From sequence record NC_031039.1: 64,000 bases of DNA. The stretch is one strand, 5' to 3'. The notes under the pieces were generated by a model. It saw nothing but the letters and a program-made list of their open reading frames with translations. It ran no database searches and was not told the origin of the DNA. Each line of letters starts with the position of its first letter. Within the stretch, counting starts at the first letter, position 1. This document shows, piece after piece, positions 20,205-28,991 of this stretch. A program made the translations under genes and the position numbers.

Positions 20205-20501
20205 TTATTTTTTTAAAGGTTCTTGAAGGTGCTTTTTAAGTGTATCAAAAGTTTTAAATGAAGCTCGGCGTGAAGCAGGAATTGTCATTGGTTCACGAGT
20301 ACTAGGGTTATGTCCTTCATAAGATTCACGATAAGTTACAGTGAATTTACCAAGTTTAGGAATAGAAACAGTTGTTTCTTGTTCTTTGTTAACTTCTTTG
20401 TAGATCAATCCTACAAAAGCATTAAACATTTCCTCAGCTTGTTTTTTAGTAACTCCCGGTACTTCTTCTTTAATATGTTGTGCGATTTGATTGACATTCA
20501 T
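20205..20501 (-). CDS. HU/TF1-like DNA-binding protein
   Basis: V.IPKLGKFTV..R....GHNPSTREPMTIPASRRASFK; late promoter at 20585-20596. Confidence 0.9.
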   Translation of the reverse strand: MNVNQIAQHIKEEVPGVTKKQAEEMFNAFVGLIYKEVNKEQETTVSIPKLGKFTVTYRESYEGHNPSTREPMTIPASRRASFKTFDTLKKHLQEPLKK

Positions 20502-20846
20502 TATAATGTCCTCCTTAGAATTTATAATTTTTATTTTATCCTAAATCAATATCTTATAAACAAGATTCTGATTAAGAATTTTTCTATAAATTTGTTCTAG
20601 AACCCACATATATTTTTTAATTTTTTCGAAAAATATATAGGGGAGAACTATAGAAATTTATTTATATATTTGTTACATGCAAATTATAATATTTAAAAAG
20701 TTATGAAAATATATATTATTTATAAGATAAAATAAGTAATTAAAGGAGGTGTTTAAAATGTAAATTATATTAAAATCGGTATAATAGAAAGAGAGAATTT
20801 AAATTGGGAATATACAAGTAATACAAAAATTAGGAGGAATTTCAAC

Positions 20847-21101
20847 ATGACAAATTTATCTGACATCATTGAAAAAGAAACAGGAAAACAACTAGTGATT
20901 CAAGAATCAATTCTAATGTTACCAGAAGAAGTAGAGGAAGTAATTGGGAATAAACCAGAAAGTGATATTTTAGTTCATACTGCTTATGATGAAAGTACAG
21001 ATGAAAATGTAATGCTATTAACTTCAGATGCTCCAGAATATAAACCTTGGGCTTTAGTAATTCAAGACAGTAATGGAGAAAATAAAATTAAAATGTTATA
21101 A
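20847..21101 (+). CDS. ugi: Uracil-DNA glycosylase inhibitor
   Basis: 84-aa MTNLSDIIEKETGKQLVIQESILMLPEEVEEVIGNKPESDILVHTAYDESTDENVMLLTSDAPEYKPWALVIQDSNGENKIKML, recognised as PBS1/PBS2 Ugi. Confidence 0.98.
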   Translation: MTNLSDIIEKETGKQLVIQESILMLPEEVEEVIGNKPESDILVHTAYDESTDENVMLLTSDAPEYKPWALVIQDSNGENKIKML

Positions 21102-21355
21102 GTATAAATATTAGTGTATAGGAATATTCCTATACACTAATAATTCTTTTATTAAAAAAAAATTTATTTTTATTTCCATTTCATTGAATTTTATGTTATA
21201 ATAAGTAGAGAATTATAAATTATTCTCCTAACTTTTTATGTAAACTCATAAAAATATAATATAGGTTTTGATAGGTAATAATATAAAATTAATATTATTA
21301 TATATTAAATTTTAATAAAATAATTATATAATAATATTATAGGAGGAAAACATTT

Positions 21356-22846
21356 GTGATCAGTAATTTTAGAAAGTTTCATGGTAATAAGAATCAAGAA
21401 AAATTTAATGAAAATCTTATTCTTAATAAAGAGAATGAAAGTATTTTAAATTATTTAGATCCTATTTGTAAGACGTTAGAGATCATCCCAGAGATTACAT
21501 ATCTTGGATCATCTGTAGAACCAATTAATAAAGTATATAAATTTAATAAAGAAGAGAAGACATCTGATATTGAACGTTCAGAATTGCAATTAATTAAAAT
21601 GTCCTTCCTTATTGAAAAAGATGATAAGAAAGAAGAAATAAATAAATTTATTTACTTTCCAAAATTAATTGATTCACAGTACTTTATTATTAATGGTAAT
21701 AGATATTATCCAATCTATCAATTACTTGATAGTGGTACTTATCGTACTAATAAGGCTCTCACACTTAAAACATTACTTATGCCAATTGTTCTAAGAGAAA
21801 AGAAAGAGACATTTGATGATATTAATGGTGAAACACATACAATGTTAAATGTTGATCTTGATTTATTTAAGAGTAAAGTTCCATTCTTAATATACTTCTT
21901 CTCTAAATTTGGATTTGAAGGAACTCTTGAATATTTTGGTTTACAAGATTTAATTCATGTCTTAATGAAAGAAGATTTAGATCAATTGGATGAAGATGAA
22001 ATTAATGATAATGTAATTTTTATGATTACTAAAAATATTTCCTTAGTTGTTGATAAGAATTTCTTTAGTAATAAAAATAATCAGATTATTATTGCCACAT
22101 TACTTAACTGCTTTAATACTAGAATTAAAATTGATAAGATTTATGAAAAAGATTATTGGGTGAAGAAACTCGGTGGTTACTTTACTACTAATAATAGTAA
22201 TAAGCAAGAAAAAGGAGAAGGAATTATTCTTTCATTTGAACGTATTCTTGATGAATGGACTAAGAAAATTTTGCGTACAGAGGAAAAGAATAAGGAAGAT
22301 ATTTATTCAGTAGTTAGATGGATGATTAATAATTATCTTGCTTTAGTAAAACAAGATAACATGAACTTGGCTAATAAGAGAATCAGACTATATGAGTATC
22401 TCTTACATCCATTACTAATCAAATTCAGTAAAGGTACTTATCGTGTTTTAAATAATCGTAATTCTAATAAGTTTGAGAAGATTAAAACGATTTTTAGTAA
22501 CATCCAAGAAGGTTTCCTAGTAAAGAAAATTATCAATAATGAATTATTACGTTATGATAATAGTGTAAATAGCATTAGTCTTTTCACGCTGATTCTAAGA
22601 TATACACAATCTGGTCCACAAAGTCCTTTTAGTTCTAATAGTACAAACAATAAACTTAGAGGACTTCATCCATCTTACTTAGGGAGATTAGGTTTAACTT
22701 CTACTTCTGCTGGTGATCCGGGAGCCAGTGGTTCTTTGACTCCTTTCTTAGAACTTCCTGAGAATAGTTATATGCATTTTACAGAAGAACCAGAAATTAA
22801 TTTGAATATTGATGATATCTCAATTGATGAAGTTATTGAATCTTAA
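21356..22846 (+). CDS. Non-virion RNA polymerase beta-like subunit, N-terminal half (AR9 gp105-like)
   Basis: YFIINGNRYYPIYQL, NMNLANKRIRLYE, LRGLHPSYLGRLGLTSTSAGDPGASG motifs. Confidence 0.92.
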   Translation: MISNFRKFHGNKNQEKFNENLILNKENESILNYLDPICKTLEIIPEITYLGSSVEPINKVYKFNKEEKTSDIERSELQLIKMSFLIEKDDKKEEINKFIYFPKLIDSQYFIINGNRYYPIYQLLDSGTYRTNKALTLKTLLMPIVLREKKETFDDINGETHTMLNVDLDLFKSKVPFLIYFFSKFGFEGTLEYFGLQDLIHVLMKEDLDQLDEDEINDNVIFMITKNISLVVDKNFFSNKNNQIIIATLLNCFNTRIKIDKIYEKDYWVKKLGGYFTTNNSNKQEKGEGIILSFERILDEWTKKILRTEEKNKEDIYSVVRWMINNYLALVKQDNMNLANKRIRLYEYLLHPLLIKFSKGTYRVLNNRNSNKFEKIKTIFSNIQEGFLVKKIINNELLRYDNSVNSISLFTLILRYTQSGPQSPFSSNSTNNKLRGLHPSYLGRLGLTSTSAGDPGASGSLTPFLELPENSYMHFTEEPEINLNIDDISIDEVIES

Positions 22847-22855
22847 TTATAATAT

Positions 22856-23089
22856 TTGGGAGGAAAAATAATGAAAGATCTTATTGATGAGTTATATAGT
22901 GAAAAATGGTCGGCTGAAAATGAACTGAGTAAACAAAAAGATCATGTTAAAAATATTACGAATAAATTAAATAGAGAACTTATTCGTAAAGCCGCTTCTG
23001 ACATTGTTAAATATTCTGATGAAGGAAAATTGGATAATTGGTCAGTAGAATTAGTTATAAATGATCTTCTATCTAAGATGAGAAACTAG
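22856..23089 (+). CDS. Hypothetical protein
   Basis: ORF with GGAGG RBS, followed by a hairpin terminator. Confidence 0.6.
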   Translation: MGGKIMKDLIDELYSEKWSAENELSKQKDHVKNITNKLNRELIRKAASDIVKYSDEGKLDNWSVELVINDLLSKMRN

Positions 23090-23150
23090 ATAATACAAAA
23101 AGCCATACTAATTAGTATGGCTTTATTTTTTTAAAGGGAGAGCATTAAAA

Positions 23151-23546
23151 ATGAAAAAAGAAGGAAAACTTATTATTATAACTGGTGATTTAACTTATAG
23201 ATCTGCTTATTCTTTATTTCCCGCATTTAATAATATTATTGATTTAAATTCATTTCATCCTTTGCAATTTAAAGAATGTTTATTAGATATACTTGAGAGC
23301 ATTAAAAATGGTTCAGAAATTCTTTTAATAATTAATAGTGATGTTGCTATTAGTATTCTTAATAACATTCTTATTACTAATAGTAAAAATTATCCTCTAA
23401 ATATAATAAAATTATATGAAATAAATAAGTTTGAAATGAAAGAAATTAGTTTTGGAAAATTAGGTTATGAAATTGAATGGATGAATGGTTTCTTAAATAA
23501 CTTATTTGAAGAAACATTAGAAATTCAAGAAAAAATTAGTGAATAG
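23151..23546 (+). CDS. Hypothetical protein (weakly resembles the C-terminal part of ABC/AAA_15 ATPases)
   Basis: FHPLQF...ILLIINSDVAI pattern. Confidence 0.55.
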   Translation: MKKEGKLIIITGDLTYRSAYSLFPAFNNIIDLNSFHPLQFKECLLDILESIKNGSEILLIINSDVAISILNNILITNSKNYPLNIIKLYEINKFEMKEISFGKLGYEIEWMNGFLNNLFEETLEIQEKISE

Positions 23547-23630
23547 TTATTTACCGTATTAAAAATATTTTTCAAGCATATATTATATTCCTGTAATACC
23601 AGACTATTTAAAAGAGGAGGAATATAATAT

Positions 23631-23975
23631 ATGCCTAACACCAAATCAGAACTGACAGAATTCAAAGATCCTCTACTGGTCACGAATCATTTCACAAAAG
23701 AAAAACGAATTTTTCTAAGAAAGACGCTTGGTGAAGATTATAGTATCCTAAGTAGCTCTGAACTTATTAATGAAATCGATAATGATCCATTAGAATTTCT
23801 TGATAGAAAGGGGGTTAATAAATACGATTTGGTAATATTTGATACTGGTAGTAATATAAATGAAAAAATTCTAGACTCAGTTTCCTCAAAACCACTAACT
23901 CTTCAAAGAACCACAAAAACTACTCCATCATTCAAGCTTCTAGAATTTCATAATGATAAATTTAATATAATTTAA
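23631..23975 (+). CDS. Hypothetical protein
   Basis: ORF with GAGGAGG RBS. Confidence 0.6.
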   Translation: MPNTKSELTEFKDPLLVTNHFTKEKRIFLRKTLGEDYSILSSSELINEIDNDPLEFLDRKGVNKYDLVIFDTGSNINEKILDSVSSKPLTLQRTTKTTPSFKLLEFHNDKFNII

Positions 23976-24042
23976 AATAAAAGGATAATCTTAGTGATTA
24001 TCCTTTTTACATATTCAAAGATTTTAATGGGGGAATATTGGA

Positions 24043-24369
24043 ATGGATATTAATGGTAGAGTAATATTAGCCGCAATTGCGGTTATTGTGGGAGGTACAG
24101 TATTAATTAGTATAATACCTTTCTCAAGCTTTATAATTATTGCATGTATAATAGGAGCTGTAATACCTTGGATTCTTCCTAGAAGGGATGAACAAATTCA
24201 ACAATACAACCAAGAACAAGAGTATTATATAAAATTAGAAGAAGAGAATTTAAAACTTAGAGAACAGTTAAACCTAGAAGAAGAAAACCTAAGATTAAAA
24301 GAAAGATTAAAACTAGAGGAAGAAAATCTAAAACTAAGAGAAGAATTAGAAAAATTAAAGGAGAAATAA
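24043..24369 (+). CDS. Membrane protein with three 13-aa coiled-coil repeats
   Basis: Two TM helices, then EEENLKLREQLNL/EEENLRLKERLKL/EEENLKLREELEK. Confidence 0.7.
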   Translation: MDINGRVILAAIAVIVGGTVLISIIPFSSFIIIACIIGAVIPWILPRRDEQIQQYNQEQEYYIKLEEENLKLREQLNLEEENLRLKERLKLEEENLKLREELEKLKEK

Positions 24370-24371
24370 AA

Positions 24372-25082
24372 ATGAAATTAACAGAAATTAAAAAAGAAGA
24401 TAAAATTATATTGGTTGAAAAATGCAAAGAATTACTTAATCTAAAAGATGCTAAGCTCCCAGATGAATATTATTATTCCAGTCTTCCTTTATGTGTAATT
24501 GATTCTATCTTTTCTATTAATTCTAATTATACTAGTGTAAAGAATGTAATTAAGCGTTATTGCACTTATTTTAATATTAACCCATTAAGAGAAAGTAGTT
24601 CATTCCCTAGTACATCTAATCAGTTATCTGTAAAAAGTTTTATTGATTCTTATGAAAAAATAGGGGTAGATTTTTACACTCAAAAAATCTTTAATAATAG
24701 ACAACGAACTTCAGCAGTTAATGGAATATTAAAATCTGAAGCTGTTTATGAGTTTTGTAAAGTTCTAAATAAGTATAATATTAATTATTTTCAAGATGTA
24801 AAAAACATATATGGTAATAAGGAATTTGAAAAAGATATTAGACGTATTAAGGGTCAAGGAAAAGGGGTTTCGTTATTATACTTCCTTATGCTTTCTGGTG
24901 AAGAAGATAAAATAAAACCAGATAGAATGATAATTCGCTTTCTTGAAGAGATCCTTCAAAGAAAGATTAATATAGATGAATCACAGATATTACTTAAAGA
25001 GGCATCATTAATACTATCAAAAGAATATCCAAATCTGAGTCCAAGATTACTGGACTATGTTATTTGGGAATATACTAGGTGA
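24372..25082 (+). CDS. Helix-hairpin-helix (HhH-GPD-like) DNA-binding/glycosylase-like protein
   Basis: LCVIDSIFSIN, IRRIKGQG.G HhH-like turn, MLSG...IKPDRMIIRFL, and PRLLDYVIWEY. Confidence 0.6.
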   Translation: MKLTEIKKEDKIILVEKCKELLNLKDAKLPDEYYYSSLPLCVIDSIFSINSNYTSVKNVIKRYCTYFNINPLRESSSFPSTSNQLSVKSFIDSYEKIGVDFYTQKIFNNRQRTSAVNGILKSEAVYEFCKVLNKYNINYFQDVKNIYGNKEFEKDIRRIKGQGKGVSLLYFLMLSGEEDKIKPDRMIIRFLEEILQRKINIDESQILLKEASLILSKEYPNLSPRLLDYVIWEYTR

Positions 25083-25151
25083 AATTAAAAACCATAATCT
25101 CACTATGGTTTTTAATATAAATTTTAATAATTATAGAAAGAGGAGATTTAG

Positions 25152-25448
25152 ATGTACAAAAACGCAAAAGATCTAAGAGCAGTAGCACTCAAAAAATTAG
25201 ACTTAAGATTGAATGAGATTATTGATGAATTTATTTTTCCTGCTTTGAATGATGCCGCTGATAAAGGAAAAATGTCAATAAAGTTTTCTAAAAATAATTA
25301 CTATGATTTCTTAAAAGACAGTGATGATTATGAAAAATTTCAATTAATTTTTGAAAATCAAAAATTATTTAAAGAGAAACTTTCTGAATTTGGTTTAACC
25401 TTTATAGATGATTCAACATCAAATTCTATCACGGTCTCTTGGCAATAA
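25152..25448 (+). CDS. Hypothetical protein
   Basis: ORF with GAGGAG RBS. Confidence 0.6.
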   Translation: MYKNAKDLRAVALKKLDLRLNEIIDEFIFPALNDAADKGKMSIKFSKNNYYDFLKDSDDYEKFQLIFENQKLFKEKLSEFGLTFIDDSTSNSITVSWQ

Positions 25449-25490
25449 ATTAAAAGACATTATAAGGGAATTCCCTTATAATGTCTTTTC

Positions 25491-26183
25491 CTAATAGATA
25501 TATAATTTTTTTCTATTTGCTTGTTTTGCTACATTCTGTCTCCACTTATCTAATAACTCTTGTTTTCTATCTGTTGCTTCTTGTAATTCATCCACAAATA
25601 ATTCAATATTACCAAATGCAGTTTGGAGGTTTGCAAACCGTTTTCTAATTTGATATAATACTTCTTTCGTGTCGTATAATGCTAATTTTAGAAATTCAGT
25701 TTGAAGGTTAGTTGGAATTGTACCAAAATGATCTGGATGGACAACATTTAATAAAAGCTTTGTTTTTCTAATAGTATATAAAGCAGGGGTTATAGTAATA
25801 ATATTTGGATAAGTAAATTGGTAAGTCATTGGGTTTCTATTCATTGATGATAGATCAGCTTGTATTTGTCTACTCACAGGATCAATCATATTATTACTAT
25901 AAGGTACTAATTCTGCACCAAAGTATCTAGTTGTATTATCATACATTCTTGCTACGTTTAATATATTATAATCAGTATTAATATAATATTGGTTTCCAGT
26001 TCCTTCAACTTTATCTTCATTTGATATAATAGCTTCAACTTGATAAGGGAAAAAATTACTAAATGTAACTAATGTTTCTTCTTTAATATTATCAATAATT
26101 TCATCTGGATCCATTTCAAGTTCATTAAACTTATAACCTAATTTTTTTTCTATGAACCGAAGGATATAGGTACTAGATAACAT
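25491..26183 (-). CDS. Putative neck/head-completion protein (T4 gp13-like)
   Basis: N-terminal ILRFIEKKLG...ELEMDPDEIIDNI..TL..FSNFFP pattern; lies in the protease operon. Confidence 0.5.
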   Translation of the reverse strand: MLSSTYILRFIEKKLGYKFNELEMDPDEIIDNIKEETLVTFSNFFPYQVEAIISNEDKVEGTGNQYYINTDYNILNVARMYDNTTRYFGAELVPYSNNMIDPVSRQIQADLSSMNRNPMTYQFTYPNIITITPALYTIRKTKLLLNVVHPDHFGTIPTNLQTEFLKLALYDTKEVLYQIRKRFANLQTAFGNIELFVDELQEATDRKQELLDKWRQNVAKQANRKKLYIY

Positions 26184-26203
26184 ATTATCAACCCTCTCTA
26201 TTA

Positions 26204-26447
26204 TTAACTGGTAGAACTAATAAAGTCTACATCCTTCTTAGGAATATCTTCAATTTTTTGAATAACGTTTACTCATAGCTCTATGAGTATAACAATAATA
26301 TTCTCCATCTTTATTTTTAGCAAAACTACATTCAGTTTTTCCAAATTTATTTTCAATATATTCCTTCTCTTTTGGAGTCAAAGGAATATGCTGAATTGCT
26401 TCAATTAATAATAAACTTTCACAAATCATCTTATACTTTTTATTCAT
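26204..26447 (-). CDS. Small protein, apparently frameshifted at an A6 run (~26254-26259)
   Basis: The 65-aa ORF stops at 26250. A shifted frame continues IEDIPKKDVDFISSTS* to 26204. Confidence 0.45.
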
Positions 26448-26501
26448 AATGCCCTCCTATAATTTAATATGGTTACTCTATAATTAGAGTAACCACTTAT
26501 T

Positions 26502-27653
26502 TTAAAATTGAATTAAAAGGAAATTATCAATTTCTTTTTTAATTTCATCTTCAATAAATAAAACAGCTTTACCATCTTCAGTATTGAAGCTAACTGTTTT
26601 ACCATCTTCACCTAATTTGGCAGTTCTTTCATCTAAACCAAGATGATCAACTGTTGTTTTAATATTTTGACTCTCTTCCTTAATGTAATTAAGGATTTCA
26701 TCTTGAGCCACTGACACCATTAGACCTTCATTAAGAATTCTCTTATTCATAGGATGAATAGCATCTTCTTTAATAATATTTGTCTGATAAGCATTAGAAT
26801 GAGAAGGGAAGATTACCCAATCCCAAGTAACAATGTGAAGAGGTTTTTCAACTCGTGTTAGTCCATTCACTTTACGAGTAACACCACCAAGACCTCTCAT
26901 TGAAAATGCTACTTCAGTACCTTGTCTAATTAAACCTTCCATATCTTTACCAACAGCAGTGTTAGTAGTTGCTACCACACCTTTTAGTAATTTTTGTTCC
27001 CACCATAATTTCTCAATAACATGAGACATTCTAGTTTGATCAATGTACGTTTGTCTTTCCATTTTATCCGAAAGAGGGTGCAAATATCTTCATATGGATT
27101 CGCTACTTCCATACCGTTCTCTTATGAACTGCTCTAAGTTTCCCTAGAGTTGAGACTATATCAAGTTCTTCAGCATTACTGTTAAGAACCTCTCTATTTC
27201 CACTATGCTTATAGTGTACTCCCATTTGGGATAGTCGTTGAACTCCATTGGTAAATATATGTACAAATATTATTAACCAATAAAGCTGCTGATTGTCCAA
27301 TCTTATTAGTTCTTATAACCTTCACGCTCACTGTTACCAGTCACGTTGTGGTCTAATAAGCTCTAAGGAGTTTCCAGCAATTAAGAGAGTTTAGACATAG
27401 TATTTCTACTATGAATGGCAACCCTACCAGCCTCTCCGAACAATGATTTACGTCTTAACTTTTCTTGAATTTGAGGAGAACGAATAGCACCATCTAATGC
27501 TTCAAATGCATATTCCCTTCTATTTCTATTACCAGCTTCTGCCTCTTGAAGAATAGCTTCAATTACAACATTATCTTTATTATGCTCAATAATATTAGGT
27601 TTAACTGGTTCTGATGTAGATTCAATAATTAGAAAACCACAATTTTGATCCAT
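26502..27653 (-). CDS. Prohead core protease (T4 gp21-like); spliced, exons 27426-27653 and 26502-27080 (268 aa)
   Basis: Junction gives FGEAG|HPLS (catalytic His). AFSMRGLG (catalytic Ser) and TWDWVIFPS also present. Confidence 0.9.
27081..27425 (-). ncRNA. Group I intron (no ORF), 345 nt
   Basis: Exon ends GGT and intron ends ...GATATTTG. Core motifs AATTGCTGGAAAC, AATCAGCAG, GTTCAACGACTA, GATATAGTC. Confidence 0.9.
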
Positions 27654-27689
27654 TATTTAGCCGCCTTTCTAATAACTTAATTAAATTTA

Positions 27690-27726
27690 TTAATTATATG
27701 TTTTCTAATAAAAAACATATAATTAA
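27690..27726. promoter_or_regulatory. Palindromic bidirectional late promoter
   Basis: TTAATTATATGTTTT-N7-AAAACATATAATTAA; each arm contains AACA-N6-TA. Confidence 0.75.
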
Positions 27727-27760
27727 GTTAAATCATAATATTAAAAGGAGGTACATCAAA

Positions 27761-28219
27761 ATGTTATCCAAATATGAGTCATTATTATTAGTTGAACATG
27801 AAGAATTTGATTCATATAGAGAAGAATATTTTCTATTAAAAGAAGGTTTAGCAACTGATGTCGATAAGACTACTAAAGGTATATTTAATATAATTAAAAA
27901 ACTCCATTCCTCTAGTGATGATAGATTAATTGAAAATATGCCAGATTTTTCTAGACTATTAACACGTTGTATCATTATTGGAAGTATTGCCGTTATCAGT
28001 CCTGTTATCGGTCTTATTACTTTATATACTAGTTCAGTTATTAGAAGACGTAATGATGCTAATAGAAGAGAAAAATTAATTCATCTTTATTCTAGTAAAT
28101 TAGAATATATTGAAGACCGATTAACTAGAGAATCAGATGAAAAGAAAAGACAAAATATGATTAAAATGAAAAATAAATTAAAAAGTGACTTAGATAAACT
28201 AAAAGTCATTAAAGATTAA
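27761..28219 (+). CDS. Probable virion head protein
   Basis: ATG at 27761 after AAGGAGG; LLVE/LLKE motifs; in the capsid operon. Confidence 0.65.
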   Translation: MLSKYESLLLVEHEEFDSYREEYFLLKEGLATDVDKTTKGIFNIIKKLHSSSDDRLIENMPDFSRLLTRCIIIGSIAVISPVIGLITLYTSSVIRRRNDANRREKLIHLYSSKLEYIEDRLTRESDEKKRQNMIKMKNKLKSDLDKLKVIKD

Positions 28220-28238
28220 ATGAAGGGAGTGTATATAT

Positions 28239-28880
28239 GTGACAGATTTTGATACCCTTCTAATTGATTTTAATAAAAAATTAATGGAAGATACAAAACA
28301 TAATAATAATTTTTTCCTTAAAGAAGATGAAGACGATGATGATGTAGGTATGGATAGTCTTGAAGACTTATCTGTTGGACATTCTAATGACCCTGCTCAT
28401 CCAGAAGATGAAACAGATAGTAAATCTGAAGAAACTAATGATGGTAATTCACCGGAATCTTTAGATGGAGGAGATGATAATTCAAATCCTTCAGATGGAG
28501 ATACTGGCGATTCAGATGATCAAGGGGATGCTGATTCAGGAGATTTGGATAATGAACAAGATGATAGTCCTACTGATAATGATAAAAAATTACAATTGTA
28601 TAAGTCATATAAGACAATCTACACTTCTATCGATAATTTTTTAGATAAAGTTTCATCTTATAAGGAATATTTAGATACAGAAGAAAATAAGAGTAAGAAT
28701 TATGAACTTGTTGAATATATCGAAGATAAATTATATAATCTAAAAGATAGTACCAAAATTATGTTAACTGACAAAATTAAGACAATGGATTATGAAAAAG
28801 TAAAAACTGTTTTCGTATATACAAAAAGTGAAATTAACTTACTGGTCAACCTATTTAACAAATTTTCTTCTTCCAAGTAA
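28239..28880 (+). CDS. Acidic probable scaffold/core protein
   Basis: D/E/S-rich disordered centre; lies between the protease and capsid genes. Confidence 0.55.
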   Translation: MTDFDTLLIDFNKKLMEDTKHNNNFFLKEDEDDDDVGMDSLEDLSVGHSNDPAHPEDETDSKSEETNDGNSPESLDGGDDNSNPSDGDTGDSDDQGDADSGDLDNEQDDSPTDNDKKLQLYKSYKTIYTSIDNFLDKVSSYKEYLDTEENKSKNYELVEYIEDKLYNLKDSTKIMLTDKIKTMDYEKVKTVFVYTKSEINLLVNLFNKFSSSK

Positions 28881-28991
28881 TAAACAATTTAATAGTAAAA
28901 AAATTATAAATCAATTTATTAGATTTTATATTAGAGAGATCTAAACAAAAAATTATTAAAATCTAATAATTAAGAAAAGGAGTAATGATCA

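Noticed and set aside
21100-21350. Replication origin in the extremely AT-rich spacer after ugi
   Set aside because: No iterons or DnaA boxes are visible. Terminator and promoter elements explain it adequately.
27103-27300. 65-aa ORF inside the protease intron
   Set aside because: It lies across the ribozyme core, with no RBS or recognisable domain; a chance ORF.
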